A stretch of DNA of 56,292 nt from Fidelibacterota bacterium UBA6630 (GTDB taxonomy: Bacteria > Fidelibacterota > Marinisomatia > Marinisomatales > TCS55). Where the stretch lies: the NCBI GenBank assembly GCA_002455835.1, contig DKLW01000032.1, positions 1 to 56,292 on the forward strand. The letters run 5' to 3'. Below are positions 39,993 through 48,164 of this stretch, piece after piece; the first letter of the stretch is position 1; every line of letters starts with the position of its first letter. The notes under the pieces were generated by a model. It made no database searches, was not told where the DNA came from, and saw only the letters and a program-made list of their open reading frames with translations. Position numbers and translations under genes: made by a program.

Positions 39993-42179
39993 TTAGAGTG
40001 CATCAAATAAATAGCTGTATTTAACAATAAATGATTTTGTACTAGATGCAACTGGGATACCATCATAATCTTGAATATGGTTGTAAACTAAGTACAATCC
40101 AGTGGCTGCAGATTGCTGCCAAATGAACCTACCATTTACAGACCATTCATCTGATTTGCTGTTATATTGGAGCAAAGATTGAACATATATCTTGGGTGTG
40201 AAAGAATATGTAAATCTCGCGCGAATTAGATTAGTGGAAAACTTACCCCCTGGCAGATCAACATTATTATGGCTTAAACTAATCTCTGAGGTAACCTTGT
40301 CTTTATATCGAAAACTTATTGCTGGGGTAACATTTATTCTATTACCTCCAAAAAAGCCTCCGATTCTATTCATTGAGCTAAAACTTATTGCCTTTGATCT
40401 GTCTGTCATTATAAATATTTGTAGCTCTTGGTCATTATATGTACCACTGGGGACAAAAACAGAGTCTGCAATTTCAAATTTTTCAATAACTCCTTCCCTT
40501 ACAAGATTTGTTCCCGTATGAATTTCAAATCCAGACCTGAACTCCCAGTGATTATCGATATGCCATCGACCTGATTCCTGAAATCCATCTAATTTCCAAT
40601 AACCGTCAAAATTAATATGAGGTCGTATTTCTAATAAACCCAATTTATTATCCGGTCGAAATCGAGTAAATATCCTACCAGACCATTTACGGTAGCTTTC
40701 CCGTTTCAAATACCCCATCTCGGGTTTAAAGGTCGAACCAACCTCTGTAAATGAAATAGACGTTGATACTTGTTTCGTATCTCTTGCTAATTCTGTGTGG
40801 AAGGCATATGCATTATCTTTATCCATTTTTGGCGTATCCGTCAAGCCACCAAACATTATAATTTTACTTAATTTCCCAATTCCAATTTGCGCATCGAGTG
40901 CATAAGCTTGATTCATATAACCATTTTCCCCCATTCGGTCCAAACCTGTATACATTGCGCCTATGTGCGTACGATTAGGTAATTCTTTTTTAATACGAAG
41001 AACAGAATATTGATTTTCATCTGTCAAATCTTTTACGGCATCCGTCCGCATGGTTAGCATACCGATTTTCATACCAGACAGAGTACCTGTGAGTCTACCT
41101 CCACCAATAATTGGGACCGGTACGCCATCGGGCCCTACACCAATCCTTCTACTGAAAAACATCTCAATATCCGGTCCAAAAAATCCACCGCCAGTACCAA
41201 CAGAAAAAAGGCCTGCATTTTCTAAAAAGAAAGCTCGCTTTTCAGGAAAAAATAGGCTGAATCTATCCAGATTAATTTGTTGATCATCTGCCTCTACTTG
41301 GGCAAAATCAGTATTATAGGTTAAGTCAAACGTCATGGTGGAACTGACACTCATTTTTGCGTCTAATCCAAAGTTTCCATCTTGATCAGAATTAGATGTA
41401 TCGTTTATGACTTTATTATTCTGCCCCAACACATATGGCATTATTTTAATATTGCGGGTATTGGGCACATTTACATTAGTAAGTGTGCCAGCAGAGATCA
41501 ATCGATTCATGGTAAATTGGCGAGAAACTGGAGCCCAATGAGCCTCTTCTTTTTTCCTTGCTATGACCCGTTCAAAATTAATGCCCCAAGTTTGATCTTT
41601 ATCTTTTTTATATCGTAATGTTTTAAATGGAATAGCAAATTCTGCACTCCATCCAAAATCACCCTTTTTAGCTTCCACTTTCCACACAGCATCCCAGTTC
41701 ACGTTAAAACCTCCGCCAGTACCCATGCTAAATCGTCTCATCATACCACCCCCTTCACCGCCGCCGGTAATTTGAGCATCGTATTCAATACCTGCAGGAT
41801 TAGTGCCGAAAAGATATCCAGTCTGGTAATCTTTGAATGTATCAATAATGAAAGAAAAACTATCTGAATTGTTAAGAGGAGAATCTCGCCTAGTATCTGA
41901 AATAACCAGTGAATTCGGCTCTGAATCGTAGCATATAACTGACACGAGAAACATATCATCCGAATATGCAACTTTTACAACCGTACTCTCTGATATAATT
42001 TTTCCTTCATCCGGTGTTTTCTGTGTAAAAGAAGTCACACCTGGCACATTATCCCATGCATCATCATTTAAAACATCACCATCAATAATGGGCATTTTAG
42101 AAATTCGAGACGCTTCGGTGATTTGTTGCCCCATAACACCTGAAACTAGTATGAGCAAACTAGGTAAATATCTTTTCAT
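39993..42179 (-). CDS. CBM9-like/DUF5916-type secreted (probable outer-membrane beta-barrel) protein, paralogue A
   Basis: Collinear with paralogue B over its full length, with long identical runs (DLTYNTDFAQVEAD.QQINLDRFSLFFPEKRAFFLENAGLFS; FIWQQSAATGLY; KYSYLFDA). Confidence 0.6.
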   Translation of the reverse strand: MKRYLPSLLILVSGVMGQQITEASRISKMPIIDGDVLNDDAWDNVPGVTSFTQKTPDEGKIISESTVVKVAYSDDMFLVSVICYDSEPNSLVISDTRRDSPLNNSDSFSFIIDTFKDYQTGYLFGTNPAGIEYDAQITGGGEGGGMMRRFSMGTGGGFNVNWDAVWKVEAKKGDFGWSAEFAIPFKTLRYKKDKDQTWGINFERVIARKKEEAHWAPVSRQFTMNRLISAGTLTNVNVPNTRNIKIMPYVLGQNNKVINDTSNSDQDGNFGLDAKMSVSSTMTFDLTYNTDFAQVEADDQQINLDRFSLFFPEKRAFFLENAGLFSVGTGGGFFGPDIEMFFSRRIGVGPDGVPVPIIGGGRLTGTLSGMKIGMLTMRTDAVKDLTDENQYSVLRIKKELPNRTHIGAMYTGLDRMGENGYMNQAYALDAQIGIGKLSKIIMFGGLTDTPKMDKDNAYAFHTELARDTKQVSTSISFTEVGSTFKPEMGYLKRESYRKWSGRIFTRFRPDNKLGLLEIRPHINFDGYWKLDGFQESGRWHIDNHWEFRSGFEIHTGTNLVREGVIEKFEIADSVFVPSGTYNDQELQIFIMTDRSKAISFSSMNRIGGFFGGNRINVTPAISFRYKDKVTSEISLSHNNVDLPGGKFSTNLIRARFTYSFTPKIYVQSLLQYNSKSDEWSVNGRFIWQQSAATGLYLVYNHIQDYDGIPVASSTKSFIVKYSYLFDAL

Positions 42180-42198
42180 AACTAATGAAGGCTTATAA

Positions 42199-42477
42199 TT
42201 AAAGTATTGTATCTACAGCTTTTGCCATTTCAATACATTCCCTTGTAACACCGCCTTGGTCATGAGATGTAAACCTCACTTCCACTTTACACCAACCAAC
42301 AAAAAGATCTGGATGATGGTTTTTTGATTCAGCAATTGCTGCCAATTCATTTACGAAATTGATCCCCGCCATATATGAATCAAATTTTAAAGATTTATGG
42401 ATAGCATTGTGTTCGAAAGTCCATCCATCCATGGATGCCAATTGATTCTGTATTGCATCCTCAGAAAGCAACCCCAT
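42199..42477 (-). CDS. phhB: Pterin-4-alpha-carbinolamine dehydratase
   Basis: 92 aa with AESKNHHPDLFVGWCKVEVRFTSHD, typical of PCD/DCoH. Confidence 0.85.
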   Translation of the reverse strand: MGLLSEDAIQNQLASMDGWTFEHNAIHKSLKFDSYMAGINFVNELAAIAESKNHHPDLFVGWCKVEVRFTSHDQGGVTRECIEMAKAVDTIL

Positions 42478-42497
42478 TAAACCTCCTCTAAGGTTGA

Positions 42498-43856
42498 TTA
42501 ACTTGGCAACAATTTACGAAACGCCCACCTCAACCAAGCAACGGAAATGATTGTTGCAACGATAGCGGAAATGACCATGGCATACCACATCCATTCAACT
42601 GGCTTATCTAAAATATTCGTAAAGTAGAACGCTAGGGGCCCAGCCACACCAATAACCCGAATTACGGTAATGATGAGAGATGGCATGCCCAATCCGATGC
42701 CCTGTAGAATGCGGCCGATGGATAAACCAATCGCAATTAAAGGAAAAATAAGCGCAATATTTCGCAAATACCCTACTACTATGGATTGTATCGCCATTTC
42801 CTTTGTAAAAGCAGTGACAACCATAGGGGCCAAAACAAATAAAAGAACTGATCCTGTTGCGGTAATCATGACCACCCTTGAAATGCCGTACTTGGTGATA
42901 AATTTAATTTTTTCTGTTTCCTTTGCACCAAAAAACATGCCCACCATTGTAGTGAGTGCTGAGGCAATCCCCATGATGGGTAAAAAAACCACCATATCGA
43001 TTCGACCTCCAACTTGATAGGCCGCAACTGCATCTGTAGAAAAATTAACTAGCATTTTGTTAAAGACCAACTGACCTAAAGACATGACAATCATAGACAT
43101 GGATGCAGGAATGCCCACTTTAATGATATCCATGAGTATGAATTGAGAGGGTTTGAAATCGTTCATTTTGAATCTGACATAAGAATGTTCCTTCACAAAA
43201 AGCATAAAGACAAAAATAATAAATACAATAATTTGGCTGATGGTGGTTGCCCATGCGGCCCCGGCTACGCCGAATTCCAACGTGAATATGAAAATGGGAT
43301 CCAAAATGATATTGAGGACCGTCCCTAGCCCTGCCACAATCATGGGCATTTTCATATCCCCTTCCCCTGCTAAAATGGATCGGAAGAACATGGAAAAAAT
43401 TCCAAATGACATACCGTAACAACTCACTTTTAAGTAATCCCATGCCAGAGGGAGCACCGCGTCTGTACAGCCCATCATTATCAGTAATTGAGGCCCAAAT
43501 AATAAGCCGCCTGTGGTGAGAAATGCACTGATAATGAGGGCCATGGCCACAGAATGCTCTGCTGCATTATCTGCATTTACTTTATCGTCTGCACCTATGA
43601 ATCTTGCAATAGATGCCGTCACGCCACTACCCAAACCAAATGATAATCCCAAAACCAAAAAGAAAATGGGCATATTAAATGCTACTGCTGCAATAGCATC
43701 TCCGCCTAACTTACCAATGAAGATCATATCCACGATGGTATACAGTGTTTGGATACCCATGCCGGCGATGATGGGAATGGCCAATGTCCACATGGATTTA
43801 GCCGGGTTATCTAAAAAGGATTGGAGCCGCGAATGACGATTTTTACCCGAATTCAT
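42498..43856 (-). CDS. MATE-family efflux transporter
   Basis: 12 TM segments. N-terminal WTLAIPIIAGMGIQTLYTIVDMIFIGKLG pattern. ATG at 43856; the track start at 43862 is GTG. Confidence 0.85.
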   Translation of the reverse strand: MNSGKNRHSRLQSFLDNPAKSMWTLAIPIIAGMGIQTLYTIVDMIFIGKLGGDAIAAVAFNMPIFFLVLGLSFGLGSGVTASIARFIGADDKVNADNAAEHSVAMALIISAFLTTGGLLFGPQLLIMMGCTDAVLPLAWDYLKVSCYGMSFGIFSMFFRSILAGEGDMKMPMIVAGLGTVLNIILDPIFIFTLEFGVAGAAWATTISQIIVFIIFVFMLFVKEHSYVRFKMNDFKPSQFILMDIIKVGIPASMSMIVMSLGQLVFNKMLVNFSTDAVAAYQVGGRIDMVVFLPIMGIASALTTMVGMFFGAKETEKIKFITKYGISRVVMITATGSVLLFVLAPMVVTAFTKEMAIQSIVVGYLRNIALIFPLIAIGLSIGRILQGIGLGMPSLIITVIRVIGVAGPLAFYFTNILDKPVEWMWYAMVISAIVATIISVAWLRWAFRKLLPS

Positions 43857-43906
43857 AAGCACGGAATTTAGCTTTTATATGCTTGAGAAATAAATTTTAT
43901 ATCTAC

Positions 43907-44127
43907 TTATTTAGGAAAGGATATCTGCCCAAACCTTAATCCATCTAGATTGCCCCAATACCATATACATTATTGTCATTTATGACACTAGATAGTTGAA
44001 CGACCCCTTTGCGTAATCCTTTGTCCATAATGTCACTTAATGCACCATGTACTTGAATAGTGCTCTTTGATTCTCCTGTGCATGATATAAATAATATCAT
44101 ATGAAGAATGAATATGGCTATTTTCAT
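43907..44127 (-). pseudogene. Truncated, frameshifted remnant of a lipoprotein resembling the N-terminus of acetolactate-decarboxylase-family proteins
   Basis: The 60-aa ORF has a lipobox (LFISC) followed by VHGALSDIMDKGLRKGVVQLSSVINDNNVYGIGAI and a stop. The -1 frame continues LDGLRFGQISFPK and stops again. No room remains before the MATE start. The family resemblance is from memory. Confidence 0.35.
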
Positions 44128-44163
44128 TGGATTGTCATTGCTACGACCGTAGTTTTAATTTGC

Positions 44164-44382
44164 TCATCCAAATCCAGAGTCAACCGGAGTGGAACAGTTT
44201 GGTTTCGCGCATGCTGGTTCAAAGGTGGGACCGACCGAGACTGCTGGTGCAGATAATTGCTTTTTCGATTGGTTCGACTCACACTTAGGGCAGGAAATAT
44301 CTGAATCCTGAATTGCGCTGGACATGACCAATTCTTCAAAATGATGTCCACAATGTCCACAGACATAATCATACATGGGCAT
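44164..44382 (-). CDS. FmdB-family zinc-ribbon protein
   Basis: MPMYDYVCGHCGHHFEELV...CPKCES: the classic MPxYxYxCxxCG ... CPxC arrangement. Confidence 0.85.
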   Translation of the reverse strand: MPMYDYVCGHCGHHFEELVMSSAIQDSDISCPKCESNQSKKQLSAPAVSVGPTFEPACAKPNCSTPVDSGFG

Positions 44383-44564
44383 TAGGTATGATTCTTTTTT
44401 GGAGGCCAGAAAAGTATTAATCCCATTAGGGAACCGTAAACCATACTATTGATTGGATCTGAGGTGATAGAACAATTTCCTGAGTTACATCCAAAAAAAT
44501 AATAGTAACCATAACCCAGTATGCTCCCAACAAACACACCCCATGTGCTGTTCATCCATTTCAT
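44382..44564 (-). CDS. Small two-TM protein with a GC-x3-G-x-C motif (DUF6132-like)
   Basis: 60 aa. YYYFFGCNSGNCSITSDPINS lies between two hydrophobic helices. The stop shares one base with the FmdB start (TAATG). Confidence 0.55.
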   Translation of the reverse strand: MKWMNSTWGVFVGSILGYGYYYFFGCNSGNCSITSDPINSMVYGSLMGLILFWPPKKNHT

Positions 44565-44594
44565 TTTTACAATTTTTCCATGAATTTAATTCAA

Positions 44595-46385
44595 TTAGAA
44601 GGGCCAGAAAATGGGCATCAAGCCAATTGCCAAAATCCAAAATGTTACTGATAAAGGCAGGCCTACTTTTAAGAAGTCCGAAAATTTGTATCCACCGGGA
44701 CCGTACACCATAAGGTTCGTCTGGTACCCCACTGGCGTGCTAAAGGATGCGGAAGCGGCAAAACAAACAGCAAAAATAAAGGGACGTGAATCAATCCCCA
44801 TTTGGCTTGTTACCGCCATCACAATCGGTGTCATAATAATGGCCGTGGCCGTGTTGGAAGATATTTCCGTTAACACCATGGTGATGAGATAAACCAGCGC
44901 CAGCAATATATAGGGTTGTTGTGAAGGGGTAAATCCATTCACCACATTAGAGATAGATGCACCAATAAAGGCGGCTGTCCCAGTGGATTCAATGACAATA
45001 CCCAAAGGAATCAAGGCGGCAATGAGTACAATCACCTGCCAATGGACCGACTGATAGGCTTCATTGGGTGAAATGATTCGAAATATCATCAACAAGACTA
45101 CACTGATCAATGCTCCTTTTAGAATGGGTAAAATGCCGAGCGCCGCCAATAGGATCGTACCCATTACGCTTGCTATCGTAATCCACCAAAACCGTACTTT
45201 AACCAAATCTGCTTTGACTTCGCCCAATAAAATGAATTCACCGCTATTGGCCAATTCGTCCAATTGCTTACGCCGGCCATAGACCAATAAGGTATCATAG
45301 GTATGAAGTACGACATGGGCAATCTTCTTGCGCAAAATAGTCCCTTCTCGCCGAATAGCCAAAATGAATGCATCAAACCGATTCCGGAAATTGCTCTGCA
45401 TCAAGGATTGACCTACAATATCAGACTGATCTGTGACCATGCATTCCATGAGAATATTATCTTCCTGCTCAAGTTCTTTTTGGGTCAGTTTTTCATCAGT
45501 GAGCAGGGATACTTTTTCTACCTCTTTCATCCGAAGAAAGCTTTCTACCGTCCCTTTCACAAAGAGGATATCGTTTTCAGCAATTTTCTTCTCCCCAACA
45601 TTTTGGGATATCAAATGACCCTCACGCTGTATATCCAGAACCATTACATCGTAATTTTGGTTTACTTGCCGATGGCGACAGGTAGTGCCTACCAAGGGGG
45701 ATTCAGCTGAAACGCGCATTTCAGTCAAATATCCGGCCATATGGTAACTCTGGGTTAAACTGGATGTGACTGTCCTTGAGGGCAAAATTAAGGGTGCAAT
45801 CCACAATACATAGACCAATCCAACCGTTAAAGTCACCCACCCGTATCGAGCAAATTCGAACATCCCCAGAGGCGTTCCTCCATGTTCAACAAACATAGCA
45901 TTGATGATAAGATTTGTGGATGTACCTATCAAAGTCAGGGAGCCGCCCATTATGGCTGCATAGCTTAGTGGGATTAATAATTTTGACGGACTCAAGCGAT
46001 ATTGATGGGCCAAACGAATGGTCACGGGCATAAAGATGGCCACAATGGCTGTATTATTCATTAGGGCACTGGCGATTCCGATGGTAAATAAATATATCCC
46101 AAGCCCAAGTATCCTGGATCGGGTAACCAGTTTATTGATACGGACAATGAGATATTCCAGAATTTGCGTTTTTTGAAGTGCATTACTCAGTACAAAAAGG
46201 AGGCCGATTGTAATCACAGCGGGATTGGAAAAACCGGAAATAGCTTCAGCAGGGGTGAGAAAATTCCCCAAAAAGAGAATACTCAACACCAAGAGTGCAG
46301 TCACATCCAGAGAGAATTTCTCCGTCACAAACAGAATGAAGGCAAGGATAATTAATCCTAAAACGAATGCAATTTCAAATGTCAT
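44595..46385 (-). CDS. SLC13/DASS-superfamily permease with two central TrkA-C (RCK_C) domains
   Basis: 596 aa. Two membrane halves flank a roughly 180-aa soluble insert with duplicated TrkA-C-like segments (VSAESPLVGTT...DILFVKG; VTDQSDIVGQSL...DTLLVYG). Confidence 0.75.
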   Translation of the reverse strand: MTFEIAFVLGLIILAFILFVTEKFSLDVTALLVLSILFLGNFLTPAEAISGFSNPAVITIGLLFVLSNALQKTQILEYLIVRINKLVTRSRILGLGIYLFTIGIASALMNNTAIVAIFMPVTIRLAHQYRLSPSKLLIPLSYAAIMGGSLTLIGTSTNLIINAMFVEHGGTPLGMFEFARYGWVTLTVGLVYVLWIAPLILPSRTVTSSLTQSYHMAGYLTEMRVSAESPLVGTTCRHRQVNQNYDVMVLDIQREGHLISQNVGEKKIAENDILFVKGTVESFLRMKEVEKVSLLTDEKLTQKELEQEDNILMECMVTDQSDIVGQSLMQSNFRNRFDAFILAIRREGTILRKKIAHVVLHTYDTLLVYGRRKQLDELANSGEFILLGEVKADLVKVRFWWITIASVMGTILLAALGILPILKGALISVVLLMIFRIISPNEAYQSVHWQVIVLIAALIPLGIVIESTGTAAFIGASISNVVNGFTPSQQPYILLALVYLITMVLTEISSNTATAIIMTPIVMAVTSQMGIDSRPFIFAVCFAASASFSTPVGYQTNLMVYGPGGYKFSDFLKVGLPLSVTFWILAIGLMPIFWPF

Positions 46386-46398
46386 AGATTAGGGAGAT

Positions 46399-48084
46399 TT
46401 ATATCTGAACGTCGTCAATCTGTTCCGGATCCAGAAAACCTTCTGCATATTTCATATAGATCTTTTCTTTAACAAATATATCAAAGAGGTCCACATCAAT
46501 ATGGGCGTCATTTTTCATAAAACCGAGAATCCGCATGGCCTGGCTCAAGGTTTTCCCTTTTTTGTAAGGGCGATCCCGGGCGGTGAGGGCTTCAAAAATA
46601 TCTGCAATAGCCATAATCCGGGCCTGGACGGACATTTCATCTTTTGTCAATCCTTTGGGATAGCCCGTCCCATCCAGCTTCTCATGGTGGCCACCCGCAA
46701 ATTCTGGTACATTCTGCAAATGTTTCGGATAGGGCAGCTCTTCTAGCATATTGATGGTAACCACAATATGGTCATTGATTACCTTCCGCTCTTCTGGAGT
46801 GAGGGTGCCCCGAGGGATGGTCAAGTTATAGACTTCATCTTCCGATAGAAAATTTTCCATTTTTCCATTGGGCTTCCACTTGTATCGAGCAATGTCATTG
46901 ACGCGGGCCTTTTTATCACTAGACATAAATTCACCGCCTATGTTGGATTCTTTCACAAAATCCAAATCCTCTTTGAGTTGCCGAAGTTTCTTTCTATATG
47001 CCTTTTTCAAGTTAACAATTTTATCCAATTTTTCTTCAGGTGAGAGTGAAACATCCCGCTCAATCTTTAATTCTTTTTTCAGGCACTTAATTTCTTCATC
47101 CCGACGAAGGACACTAAAGCGCGTCTCCACTTCATTCACCCGATCATAAATAGTCTCCAGCTTTGTGGACTTATCCACCACAAATTCTGGGGTGGCCACT
47201 TTACCGCAATCGTGTAACCAGGCGGCAATCTTCAATTCGTACATTTCTTTGTCTGAGAATGAGATATCCGCAAAGGGTCCGTCTTTTGTGTCCTGTACCG
47301 CTTCGGCCAACATCATGGTAATCTCAGGCACCCGAGCGCAATGCCCTCCGGTGTAAGGTGATTTTGCATCAATGGCGGATGCAATGAGCTTAATGAATGA
47401 TTCGAATAAATTTTCTAAATCTTTAATGAGGTTTTTATTGGTAATGGCCACGGCAGCTTGGCTCGCCAAAGCTTCCACCATTTCCTGCACATCGGACGCA
47501 AAAGGAATAATCTTTTTGGATTTGGCATCCTGGGCATTCAATAATTGAAGGACGCCGATAATTTCATCTTCGTGGTTTTTGAGGGGTACCGTGAGAAAAG
47601 ATTGGGATCGGTAGCCTGTTTTTTCATCAAACATTTTTGTTCCGGTAAAATCAAACCCCTTAGCGGTATAGGCATCTTCAATATTTACTGTATCGCCCGT
47701 GAGACACACATAGGCAGCGATCATGGTTTTGTTAGCTTCCCCTTCATCTGTATAAAGTTTTACGGGATAAAATAGGATATCTTCACCAGAAGTACCCCCC
47801 ATGTGAAAATTAAGGGAGTCCGTCATCATGATTTCGAACCGCAACCGCTGGTCGTCGGTCATCATGTAGAGGGTACCGCCATCTGAATTGGCAATCCGCT
47901 TGGCCTCGATTAAAATCATCTCTAAGAGCTTGTTCATATCCTTTTCTTTGGATAAAGCCAAGCCGATATTGGACAAATTTCGTATCTGCTGTTCTAGATC
48001 CGTTATGTAGGATGTAACTGCTTTCGGCGCCTCCGCCAAGTACTTCGCCATTGTTGTGGCTGAATATGTTGTTTTTTTTGCCAT
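46399..48084 (-). CDS. GAF domain plus HD-GYP domain protein (putative c-di-GMP phosphodiesterase)
   Basis: N-terminal GAF-like region (LLEMILIEAKRIANSDGGTLYMM...IGVLQLLNA). HD motif WLHDCGKV. HHEKLDGTGYPKGL. Confidence 0.85.
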   Translation of the reverse strand: MAKKTTYSATTMAKYLAEAPKAVTSYITDLEQQIRNLSNIGLALSKEKDMNKLLEMILIEAKRIANSDGGTLYMMTDDQRLRFEIMMTDSLNFHMGGTSGEDILFYPVKLYTDEGEANKTMIAAYVCLTGDTVNIEDAYTAKGFDFTGTKMFDEKTGYRSQSFLTVPLKNHEDEIIGVLQLLNAQDAKSKKIIPFASDVQEMVEALASQAAVAITNKNLIKDLENLFESFIKLIASAIDAKSPYTGGHCARVPEITMMLAEAVQDTKDGPFADISFSDKEMYELKIAAWLHDCGKVATPEFVVDKSTKLETIYDRVNEVETRFSVLRRDEEIKCLKKELKIERDVSLSPEEKLDKIVNLKKAYRKKLRQLKEDLDFVKESNIGGEFMSSDKKARVNDIARYKWKPNGKMENFLSEDEVYNLTIPRGTLTPEERKVINDHIVVTINMLEELPYPKHLQNVPEFAGGHHEKLDGTGYPKGLTKDEMSVQARIMAIADIFEALTARDRPYKKGKTLSQAMRILGFMKNDAHIDVDLFDIFVKEKIYMKYAEGFLDPEQIDDVQI

Positions 48085-48164
48085 GGTTTTGATCGAATGG
48101 TTTCGAGGGAAAACTTACTGAAACCAATTATGCAGAACAACTATATAGATGCAGAAAATATGGA

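Noticed and set aside
37763-42179. Considered calling the two large secreted proteins TonB-dependent receptors / SusC-like, and the region a PUL
   Set aside because: There is no TonB box, plug-domain motif or adjacent SusD-like lipoprotein. The N-terminal module and the conserved DLTYNTDFAQVEAD block fit the CBM9-like/DUF5916 type instead.
44124-44372. 82-aa ORF overlapping the FmdB gene in another frame
   Set aside because: The overlapping frame (44164-44382) has the unmistakable FmdB zinc-ribbon signature. The 82-aa frame has no features and would overlap two genes.
48072-48079. A8/T8 homopolymer in codons 3-5 of the HD-GYP gene as a phase-variation tract
   Set aside because: Eight A/T bases in an AT-rich genome that encodes Lys-Lys is expected by chance, so there is no independent support.
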